From Phallusia mammillata (lineage: Eukaryota): a stretch of DNA of 64,000 nt. Both the position numbers and the translations under genes were made by a program. Below are positions 15,201 through 25,300 of this stretch, piece by piece. The notes under the pieces were generated by a model. That model was not told the DNA's origin. It searched no databases and saw nothing but the letters and a program-made list of their open reading frames with translations. The stretch is from positions 620,001 through 684,000 of the forward strand of contig OZ281499.1 in the NCBI GenBank assembly GCA_965637545.1, in the 5' to 3' direction. How positions within the stretch are numbered: position 1 is the stretch's first letter; each line of letters opens with the position of its first letter.

Positions 15201-18200
15201 ACATTCTTTGTATTGTTAAAGGGAACATTTGTCCATAGTAATTGTGCCAACCTGCCGTTTTGTTGCAATGAAACACAATTATCGATCTTCTACGAAGTCC
15301 GTTACTGTTACATCGTCCTCCATTTTTGTATGTGATCGAGAGTTGCTCGTCAATGTACTGAACTTGATAATCAGCAGATGAACCAGCGTTGTAACCAGAT
15401 TCACCAACTGTACAACAAAATATGTTTTTTCAACAAATTTGTCGTTTAACTGGTGTAATGCTAAACAAAATACTAGTTGTTGTTTCAAGAACTTGTATTT
15501 TTGCTGACGTTTGCCCACCAGAACGGTAGGGCTTCTTCAGAGCAATGAATGATATATTGCAAACACACAAGCGAAATGGATACGAAAAAATAATGGTCTG
15601 AGAATATTATTAACCTATGTAACCCCTAAATGTCAACAGCACAAAACAAATCACTTGTTAGATACACAAATTACTTAAACAGCAGCAGACAATCAGTGCT
15701 AGTGAAATCTTTATTTGTATTCGTGAAACAAAAACATTAATTTTGAGGGCCTAAGTCAGTTTTCATCTTTTTCAAGTAGAATTATTTGTAAGATTTTATT
15801 GTTTTTGCAGCATGATTTGGAAACCCCAAACTGTTTCTTCACATACCAGCTTGGCAAACCCCGATTTCAGTTGTTGCGCTCGTGTCACCAGCTGAACATG
15901 GAACATGGATTCTGTCACAAACATTCAGGAAATAGGATGTTTGAGAAGCAGAGCCTCCGTTACTGATTGAAACAGTATCTGCAAAATAAAACCAACGTCA
16001 GTATTATTTTCCTGTTTAATGATTTTACACAGTTTTACACTATGTCAATGAGGTTGCAGACACTGTTTGTTTTTGTTGGGACACTAAATGATGCAAAATA
16101 TTTAGTTGGATACAAAACATGTTCAAATTCCTCACACAACAATTATAATACAAAAGTATCAAGCCAATAAATGATAAGCTGCAGGCAGTGCACAATGTTA
16201 CAACCTACAGGCTGAAAAGCCATATCCCACAAATTCACACTGCTTAGTAATAACACCATTCTGAGCTAAAAATACAATAAGAGGTTATTGCCATAGTAAC
16301 AACTTACACTTAGTTGTTGAGGTTAAAGGTGAAAGGTCAAGCTCTATTCCATGCCGTTGTATATCCAACCCACATTTATTGCTTGTAACAAAATCAGCCG
16401 GACAAGCTGCTTCTGTCCACCATTCCACTGTGTATTGGCAGTTTAATGAACTGGTAAGGATAGGAGCTCTAAAGTGCAAGGATTTAATAAAACATATTGC
16501 TAAATACATAAATAAGGAATGTAAAGTAGGGGTTCTTAATCTTTTATTTATTTGTTGATTAGTTTAAAAAAATATGATGCAAAAAGACAATATGGCTTTC
16601 GCAACTAGGGTTGAAATTACTTTTGTAAAAAGTATTTTTTTTGCATAACTTTGTAAAACACAAATTTGCTGGTAATGTAAATTATATCTATTGTATTTAA
16701 ACAGTCATATGGTTTGGTTTTCAAACATGAGTTGTATGGATGTTAGATTGTTCATGCCACACAATACAATAAATAGGTTACTAACAATTTCCTGAAAGGT
16801 TTGGCCAGACACAGCTAAACAGTTGGCTTGTCTATTGCAAAACTGCTCGTCACATGATGGTAGTCACATGACTCAAACTAACAAAGTTTTGACAAACGAG
16901 GAAGACTGACGTTTTTCTTAGAATAAAATCCAACTTTAGAATAAAATGCATTAAAAAACAAGTTAGGTACGTAAGACACTGACTTAAATCTAACTTTAAT
17001 AAAAACCAAAATGGTGCGCTTGTTTCCGCTTGTATATTATATTATATTTTTACTGATGATGACAAAATTTGTTTTTGTCTAAATGACTGTTTAATAAAAT
17101 AAATACATTTTATTCTACATCGCTGGCAATTGGGTTTTTAATAAAACTTAACAAGGTTTTGGTAAAATGTTTTTATTGAAGTCACCTTTCAGAATTAAAA
17201 ACTTGATTTAATTGAAAATAATTTCTGCTTTGAAAACATGCAGCACATATTGGTTGGTAAGTTAGTACAACAATCCTAGTATGATTAATCACAAACATCT
17301 TTAACTCTAGTTGTACAAAGTCTCTTACTTGCTTCCCCCTCGAGTATTTCCCGGACAAACAAAAGTTACGATGACTTGTGGAGAAAAACTTGAACAACTT
17401 GAAGGTTTTGCAGACCCTGGTTGTGATTCGTATTTTAACACAAGTCTGAAAAGTAAAACAGAACATTGATTCATGTGAGTATTTTCAAAAAGTATTTTTA
17501 AGTATTTAAGTGTCCTACAGAGAATAGCTGTCTACATCACAAGCCAGTGCAAAATGCCATAAATATTTCTTGCCAAGTAGGATGTTAAAATCACTTGTAG
17601 TAAAGTTGTGCGACATTGCAGCAAAACTGCATGAAAAGGGTCTTTAACGGGCTTCTCAAACTGTGGGTCGCAACCCAAATTGGGGTCGCAAAAATGATTT
17701 TGGGGTCACAAAACAACATGTGTTATTATGTCATTGTCACAATAAATGGTATACATGCGTAAATTTATTGTTTAAACATCATTTATGTGTATAGGCTATA
17801 CCCATCAAGGGGTCACATAGATATGTCTTTTCTAAAATGGGGTCGCAGAGCAAGAAAGTTTGAGAAGCCTTGTTTTACACAATCAAACAACATTGGACAC
17901 AAATCAGAGTAACAAGTGTACCGGTTTTCGTTCGTTATATTCACAGCAGAAGCAGGAATCCCAACTGCATATGAATGTCCATCCTTCACTAAACAACCAG
18001 CAGCTTCTTGTGGACAATCACCAAGCATGGAATGCATTTCATCACCTTGTACTGTCTTAATGTCACGACAAACATTTATATAAAGTCCATCAGTTGTTTG
18101 GCCACTGGAGGAAGGGTCAGTGATAAAGTAACCTCCAACCTACAAAAGATCATCAAAAAATGTTGCTGATTTGTTTTAGCAGAAACCTTTTGAATCTGGC

Positions 18201-20255
18201 ATAACAATTTTAGATTTCTTGTTTTCATATGCATGCTTCAAATTTCATACATGTTTCAAATTCTTTTAGTAGAAAACCTTTGTACAAGGGGGCCCAAAGT
18301 AACAGATTGATTCCACAAACATATACTTCAGTTGGAAAAAAATCCAAATTAACTTACTTTTTTAATCAGACTGTTTAGATCCCGTTTCTTATCATCGGTA
18401 TCATATCCATAGCAACGCACTTCCTTTGTGGCATCATATTCGGATGGTCGACAGACTAAACTTGTTTCCCAGAGGAAATCAACGCTGCATCCGTCAGCTG
18501 AAATAACTTCTGGTGAGCCCTGCGTGAAAACAAAACATATTTACAAGTGAAAAAAGACAGTAAACTTGGATACATCTAAAAGTGTTTTTTAAAGACACAT
18601 AGAGTAAACCTTGGTTAATCTGGACCCGCTTGTACCTCAAGGTTTGTCCGAATTAGACAAAGATCCAAGCTGTCTCAACTGAGGTTTACATTTTACATAT
18701 TAGGCATAAACCCTTGGATGACTTATCTAAGTTTACCTAATAGTAGCGTTTACATCATGTTTGATTTTTGTATTTTCCCTCATACTGCATCTCTGGTAAC
18801 TATAACAATGCACCCAAAGTTGAAATGAAAAGAAACAAATTTGACATAACATGACCGCAAACTTCTGTCCAGTTCGTGCACAGCAGATCTTTGATAATAA
18901 CTCCATAGTTGGCAAGATTAAACTTACCAGAGTAGTTGCACACTCAAATGTGATGCTGCTTCTATATGAATATTCTGTTGTATTAGTTGTGCAGTGTCTT
19001 GTTGTGTTGTACTCCAAGTAAAATGTTACAGCATCATCTGATGTTGCAACTATTGAAGGTGGTTTGTCAAAATCACCCAACGATAAACCTGTAAGTACAG
19101 AGTAATGTTAATAGATTCTTCTAGACAGTGGTGGGATTCAGCCGATTCGCACCTGTTCTTTAGAACCGTCTAACGAAATTTTATGAGATCAGCGAACCGG
19201 TTATCATTACTGGTTACTGTCAATGGACTTTTTGTAACAGAACCGGCTGACAAATATGCCTTTTGTGATGGAATCGGGTGACAAAATATTCCCACCACCG
19301 CTTGTAGAAGTCAACCATTCATACATGTTTATGTACACTGTCACAAATATTAACACAACCCTCAGCACAAAATGTTCTGTTTAGGTACAAAATAAAAACA
19401 TAGTTTGCATAAACTTGGATCATTTTTTTCTCACAGATCGGCTGTTATAACTTCATAACTTTAGGAGAATTTAGAACAACAGTGCAATGCTACTTAAACT
19501 CAAACAAAACTAATACTAAACTTTAGACTGGTGTTTTATCAATCTGTTAAGATAAAAAATAAGCCAAGTTAACACATTTTTTTATCATTACATCAATTTA
19601 CACTAAGGTATCAGATAAAAAGCGAACCTGTGCCTGTTGTGGATTTCTTCAAACAGACAGAACTGGTTCCAGTGCAAAAAGAGTTTGGCAATGAAGAACA
19701 AAGATTGAGATAATAAATGTTTGTTGAACCATCATTGTTTTTATGATGAACCTCCCAAATACTATGAAGATACAATAAACAAATATAAATTATAAAATCT
19801 ACACAATCACTGATGATGGCATGAGCATTTGCTAAAATGTTCGAGCAATAAAGTATGTTGCTTTTTACTTCTATTTGGGCCGTTATTTTCACCATTAAAT
19901 TTATGAACAGATCCGAGATATTAATGACATTTTTTTTTTGTCAAATCATAAGTTCTAAAGCTGGTTGTAACTTGTCTAGAACAAATGTTTAAAATTGGTT
20001 AGATGTAAATTTAGTACAGGAATATGGTGTTTTTGGGCACTTTGTGGAAGTATTTCTTAAAAAGTTAGTTAATTTGAGTGTGGTAAATTTCATAAGTTGG
20101 TAGGAAATATTTTGTGGCAAACCTTACCCTTGTAAATCTGTTAAATTCCTTCCATGAACATTGCTGCAACTTTGAAATATTGCGTTTCCCTCCGTAAAAG
20201 TCAACAAGATTAGATTTGTTGCAAACAAACACAAAAACGTTGCAAGTTTTTGCAT
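289..20255 (-). CDS. IGF2R: Cation-independent mannose-6-phosphate receptor (CI-MPR/IGF2R ortholog), 5' 35 coding exons covering MRH domains 1-12; gene continues beyond the left edge
   Basis: Phase-consistent exons: 20128-20255 (signal peptide MQKLATFLCLFATNLILLTFTEG), 19628-19761, 18928-19088, 18358-18519, 17922-18139, 17329-17445, 16308-16468, 15847-15978, 15252-15407, 14580-14729, 14425-14509, 13950-14067, 13597-13690, 12892-13085, 12241-12391, 11720-11891, 11112-11262, 10689-10808, 10267-10445, 9682-9877, 8989-9149, 8480-8643, 7894-8025, 7141-7324, 6509-6720, 5760-5936, 5180-5369, 4594-4776, 4161-4453, 3352-3477, 2847-2982, 2237-2427, 1887-2071, 1323-1475, 289-453. Recurrent MRH motifs 'FDLSxL', 'YxINVC', 'Y.GG..C', 'T.I.F.C', 'C.Y.F.W.T..AC'; domain 2 'KRDLNSLIK..LYINVCRDI' and domain 5 'STQISFLCDTKAGAGHPQF' resemble vertebrate CI-MPR. 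Confidence 0.95.
578..942. mobile_element. hAT MITE (TAGGGATG type)
   Basis: TIR tagggatg / catcccta; TSD ctggtaac/ctggtaag; internal ccgag repeats. Confidence 0.8.
3094..3230 (+). mobile_element. tRNA-derived SINE
   Basis: A-box-like ttgcttagttggtaaagcgc and B box ggttcgaatcc, followed by a T-run and a body shared with 26975-27203(-), 37085-37180(+) and 29655-29750(+). Confidence 0.75.
5412..5654. mobile_element. hAT-like MITE
   Basis: cagtgg...ccactg termini; ~200 bp homologous to 7387-7616. Confidence 0.7.
6852..7020. mobile_element. Tc1/pogo-type MITE, same family as 39708-39881
   Basis: Shared core aggtacaaatgatttg(c/t)aatgtggtaag; 3' TIR ttaaccgaagtttactgta. Confidence 0.7.
7387..7616. 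mobile_element. hAT-like MITE, same family as 5412-5654
   Basis: Shared internal sequence (ttttaaatgatctttgtatggtttagcatctactatgtagtatatt). Confidence 0.7.
12445..12618. mobile_element. hAT MITE (CAGTGGTGGGATTC family)
   Basis: TIR cagtggtgggattc / gaatcccaccact; homologous to 19126-19300 and to a partial copy at 13122-13215. Confidence 0.8.
17648..17872. mobile_element. hAT MITE (CAGGGCTTCTCAAACT family)
   Basis: Termini gggcttctcaaact / agtttgagaagccttg; GGGGTCGC subterminal repeats; second copy at 51733-51939 in the opposite orientation. Confidence 0.75.
19126..19300. mobile_element. hAT MITE (CAGTGGTGGGATTC family)
   Basis: TIRs present; TSD cttctaga/cttgtaga; opposite orientation to the 12445 copy. 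Confidence 0.8.
19804..19916 (+). mobile_element. Family B repeat copy
   Basis: atcaCTGATGAtggcatgagcatttgctaaaatgttcgagcaataaag...gggccgttattttcaccattaaatttatgaacagatccg; GAAA box mutated. Confidence 0.7.
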
Positions 20256-20410
20256 CGTGAAATTATTGCATTTAATTGCACTAATGACGTTTAACCATCA
20301 CCTAAGCATCTAGAATTACCAAAAACACTTTAATTTAAATAAATTCAACTTCACAATTTTTTCCAAACAATTGCTGATTCTGTGCTCAATCAAGCGTGAT
20401 ATTATGCGAT

Positions 20411-20431
20411 GTCACGTGCAAAGATGACTCA
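20411..20431. promoter_or_regulatory. GTCACGTG E-box (CLEAR/USF-like) and TGACTCA (AP-1-like) just upstream of the CI-MPR start codon
   Basis: Motifs lie ~160 bp 5' of ATG 20255. Confidence 0.35.
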
Positions 20432-20524
20432 ATAAGTTGAGAAAAAAGACAAGCTTCATGAAGAAATATTCAGAGGACATAAAAAACTGTTGTGTAGCAG
20501 AAAAACAGGCGCAATATGTAAATT

Positions 20525-20870
20525 CAAATTTCATCCATGTTCGCAAAAAAAACTTTAACACATTTTGCGGAGATATTAAGAATTTACGGTAGAAAGTACC
20601 CATATTATTGGGGAACAATGGGTGCAAGGGTATTTTCCAAAGTTGTAATGGCACAAGGGCCCCAAAAAACATTCCATTGAGGTCGGAAAATACAGGCACA
20701 AAATTTCACATCCATGACTTCATGTTCACAAAAAACTTTAACCGAATGGCGATAGAAACACAAAGAATTTACGGTAGAAAGTACCCATATTTTTGGGGGC
20801 ACTTGTTCAAGGGTATTTCCTAAGCTGTTGTGGCACAAAGCCAAAAAATACATTCCATTGAGATCGGTCA
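20525..20870. repeat. Diverged ~185-bp tandem duplication
   Basis: aagaatttacggtagaaagtacccatatt and cattccattgag each occur twice ~186 bp apart. Confidence 0.8.
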
Positions 20871-20978
20871 TATGTGCAATGGAAAGCTAAGTTTGACCAA
20901 AACAGGATGGTAAGGGTAAAATGGAATTGCGTTTTCAGAAACAAATGTGTGAAAGAACTGCATGATTATGCTTTAAAA

Positions 20979-21308
20979 CAGGGTTGTGCAACCTTTGTTA
21001 CTGTGTGACCAAATACAGCTGTCATGATTAGATCGTGGGACGCACCTTTATATAACACAATGTGATTTTACTTGGTTGCATACCAAATATGCCTATATTG
21101 AGTTGACAAAAAAGTTTGGTATTTGATTCTAACCGCATATTGCCTAGTCGCAGAAAAATAGTATCGGGTGCATTAATCTGCTTGAAAATATATAATAGTT
21201 GGACTCGTTTGTCAGTACATTTGTAAGTTATCCAAATGTCTTCGCGGGCCGCACAACGGTTGATCAATGGGCCACATTTGTCCTGCAAGCCATGGTTGCA
21301 CACCCCTG
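20979..21308. mobile_element. hAT MITE, same family as 27212-27530
   Basis: Internal homology along its length; TIR cagggttgtgcaacc / ggttgcacacccctg; TSD ctttaaaa/ctctaaaa. Confidence 0.85.
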
Positions 21309-22355
21309 CTCTAAAAAGTTGTTGTTGATTTCACAAATTTTGAACTCAAATCCGCGTTGGCCTGTAACTTTACGTTGTGATGTAAACATGTCTGCTAGAC
21401 TTGCGGGTTTAGCCACTTTGCCAGACAAACACTTTAATTTCATCGCTTGAAGTTTTCAAAGGGTAATTGCTAACAGTTTGTTCCCATGGGAATGCCAGTA
21501 ATGTTTCAAGCAAAATGTCAAAAGCTTCTTTCCACCCAAAATGCATTGAAGCGATTCTTAGCGAGCAAACATCAGTTTTGCCAATAGCCTAGTTCCCAGA
21601 CGCAGATCACTCAGAAGAAAAATTAGACATAGTGAATTCTATCACTATAACAGGTGTATATTAGGCCCAGAATTTCATGGTTATGGCAAAAGTCAGATAT
21701 GAAGCTTAAAGGTCAAAATCATGCAGCTAAGCAAAAGCGAATGAGCCCAGTGGTAGAACGTTGTAAATAAGAGAATTTTGTTGTTGCACTAAAAGTTAAA
21801 GTGTTTGACCCTATATGGCAACGTCCCGTCGCATTAATTTAGTTATGAAGCCGATACCAACTAGTTTTTATCGATTTGCTTCAACCAGCGATGCTGAACT
21901 TTTTACACACTGTTGAAATAAGAAGTCACCTTCCCTCGAAAGCTGCGTTGTATCAAATGTTTTATTTTTCAATTTTTACTCGTACTTGGGCGGTATACCT
22001 CTCGGGTGCAAAAAGCCTCAGATTAAACGAATTTAGTCGGATACTTGCAGCAACAGTAAAAGATGTGCTTTATAAAGTAATTAACAAACAGTGATATTGA
22101 TAGCTTTAACTGTTGTTTTGAATTCCTTTTCACACCCGCAACCGTACCGACCTTTCTATCAGCGGTTGTTAGGGCTGCAAAAACCCGCCAAGCGTAAACC
22201 GGCATTCGCCCTTATAGTTTGCAGGTTCAACAAAACAACAGACCGAGATCGTTCAACACGCAGGTCGACCGTCAACACACATCGCAGCTATAGGTTGTGG
22301 TAGTTACAGTCATTAGTGCGATTTTAAATGTCTGCAATGCTTTGGTGAATGCATA

Positions 22356-25300
22356 ATGCCAGAAGGATCGGTCTCGGAAATATGTCAAAGGTCATGTGAT
22401 GGTCACGGTCATGGTAGTTCCTATAACAACGAAAACCTTGGTAAGCGTATAATCATAATTTTTTAGTTTTGCTCACTAAAGGTCCTGAGTGTTTTTTTGT
22501 GAAAGCCATATTTTGGCATTGGCAATTTTTTCAGCTTAAAGAAATAAAACACCAAAATATACGATAGGCTGAAACATCAAATATGAATCCCAAATGGCGC
22601 AGCCTACAGGCAAAAAACGTGAGTCCAGAAGGCAAATGGAGTGAAAATACGAACCTTTGATAAGTTTAAGCGTTTGATGCAACTGATAAATGAGAATAGT
22701 ATAGAAAATGTCGATAAGCATCTTAAATGCAAAGTTATGAAAGCAGCAACCTTATGTTAACGTGTTTAAAGATTTGCCTTGTGTTTAAAGATTTGCCTTG
22801 TGTTTAAAGATTTGCCTTGTGTTTAAAGATTTGCCTTGTGTTTAAAGATTACTGTAAACGGTGTGTGGCAAAATTCAACGATTGTTGATTCCCTAGAACA
22901 GTGGTTCTTAACCTTTTTTCCTTGCTGCACCCCTTTCCAATCACCAACCAATTTTCGCACCCCGCTGGGTTTTTGTATTTATATATAACAGACCTAACCA
23001 ACCTTAATGATTTAGTCTCCCCGCACCCCAAGGAACAGTTCTCGCACCCCTGGTTAAGAACCCCTGCCCTAGAAGGATTCGCTATACCACAGTAAGCGAC
23101 GCCTACGAAAGGTTAAGGAACTTCAAAAGCGGCAATTTAATTTATTGTTGGCCGGATTGTGTCTGTTATTTGTCAACCACAGTAGCAGCAGGTTGCCTGC
23201 GTTTCGTTAAATCGAGACGCTCGGGGTTTTCTACATGCCAGATTAAAACAAAAGTAATAAAGAATTCGTATGAAGTGTTTTGATCCAGCTAAGCTAAACA
23301 GAAACTAAACAAAGTTGTTTGCACCCAGCTAAACCTTAGGAAAGCTTCAAACATATTGCTGGGCGTCTGTCCCCTCATGTTTACATAAATAGTGTTTGTA
23401 AAGTTGAAATGTAAATACCAACATGCGTCTGTGTTTGCTGTAAACACACCGGTCGCTTTTCGTCTGGTACACGGTCGTATATACAACAGGAATTCTACTG
23501 TCCAGTTGGAATTTACAGCTTTGTTTTTAAAACGTTACCATGATGCACAAGCTCGTTTGTCAAACACAGAAACAAAGGCTCTGCAACTTTTGGATACAAC
23601 GTTAAAATAGGAACAATGTGTCACCGCGGTAAACAACACCGTAATATATGGCTGTTTTTTAGTTATGTGCTTGACTTTTGATGCTTATGCCGCTTTATAG
23701 GATTTTTTTTCAAGGTATGCCATTATCCTGATAAAGGCGTCTCGTATAGGTCGTCAAAACGTTTATAATAAAAAGTACTGAAAGAACAATACTCGTTTAT
23801 ACATTATATCTGGCAGCAACAGCCTATTTATCGTAATTTTTGTAACGTTTTTTAGCCGTTTGTTTGCTCATGTCGGGATCATTTTTATTTTCTGCTAATA
23901 ATTGTTCAGTGGAACTTTCAAAACTGATATTTCTTGCTTTGTTCAGGTTGCAAGACTCCTTTGAAATCCAAGCGACAATCGCCACAACTCACAAATCGAT
24001 GTGACGTCATTAATAGCGTATGTACCGCTGATATTGACGTCACCGGTGACGTGTGCGCCGATGAAGTTGCTGCTTTGTGTCGCAAACTTCGAGAAAGGAG
24101 AAGTGAAAAACTGGTGTTGAATATTTCAGCATCGTTCACTGGTTCGGGATTGGAAATGTTGCTGCAAGAAATCGTGGACAACGACCATCAGGTGGGGCGG
24201 GAGAGCTCGTTTATATTTTGATTTCTATTTTTGACGTCCACTGTAAATAAAAATGAGACAGCAATTACAAACATAAAATTTTATTTTGTCGTTTTTGAAT
24301 AATTCTTTAGATTTAATTGGCTTTTTCTGATTCAAATAACTCAAATACAGCGTTCCATGCAGTTAGCGCGATTTTTCAATGGCAATTCAATCGCTTAATA
24401 TAATCAACTGTCTAAAAAAGCAAATTTCGACAAACCCATGATCACATTTTTCAAGAATGCTGATCAATTTCGAAATTTAGTATAATCATTTCGTTACTTT
24501 TCAGTTGAAGGAGCTCCACTTGCGCGGTTGTCTGCTTCGCGATTGTGACGTCACAGCGATCTCGCGTTCCATGCTCAACATCGAAAAGTTATGTCTGGAA
24601 TCGTGTGACGTCAAACCGCATCACGTGAGGATTTTGGCCGACGCGATTGGTCGGTTGCCCAGCGCTGTAAGTTGAAACAATGAATTGTAAACATACAATC
24701 TATTGCCGCCAGGCATTATATCAACTATATAGCTCTTCTGGCAATTGTATTTTTATTCCGACGTTTCGACGTCCTATACAGGTCGCCTTCATCGGGGTAA
24801 ATAAAACTGAATGTGCGTAGTACAGTGCACGAATTTTTCCCCATGTTTGGCGTGCACTGTACTACGCGAATTCAGTGGTATTGTATATTATAGATTTTTT
24901 TTTGAAAAAAACAAAGGCTTAGAACCAAGTGAACGATGTACAGTCATTAAATACCTCAGATTATGTTGGCTTTGTTTTGCTTCTACAGCTCAAACTTCTC
25001 AGTTTAAATGGAAACAAAATCGGATCAGTGGGTATACGATCTCTATGTGAGCACCGGTGTCTCCGAAATATTAAGAGTCTCAAGCTTGCAGAATGCGACA
25101 TCCAAACTTCTGGAGTTTGTCTGATCAGCAAATCTATCTGCAAACTTTCTAAACCCGTAAGCAAAGCGCATTCACGAGCGAGTAACAAAATATGGCCAGC
25201 TTTAATATCATGGTTCGGTCCAAACGATCCTCAAAATACTTTTTTTATGAATTGCTTTTTTATTTTAAGTAAAACCAGTTTAATAAAAAAATAATTTTAA

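Noticed and set aside
21028-21450. ORFs at 21028-21450 (and similar at 27281-27525)
   Set aside because: They lie inside non-autonomous hAT MITEs and show no transposase motifs.
22023-22205. Minus-strand ORF as CI-MPR first exon
   Set aside because: No signal peptide and wrong splice phase; exon 20128-20255 supplies both.
22383-22400. DR5-like AGGTCA-TGTGA-TGGTCA
   Set aside because: Imperfect and inside predicted coding exon 1 of the LRR gene; could be coincidental.
22762-22850. Short direct repeats resembling a CRISPR array
   Set aside because: Units are contiguous with no spacers, the context is a eukaryotic intron, and no cas genes are present.
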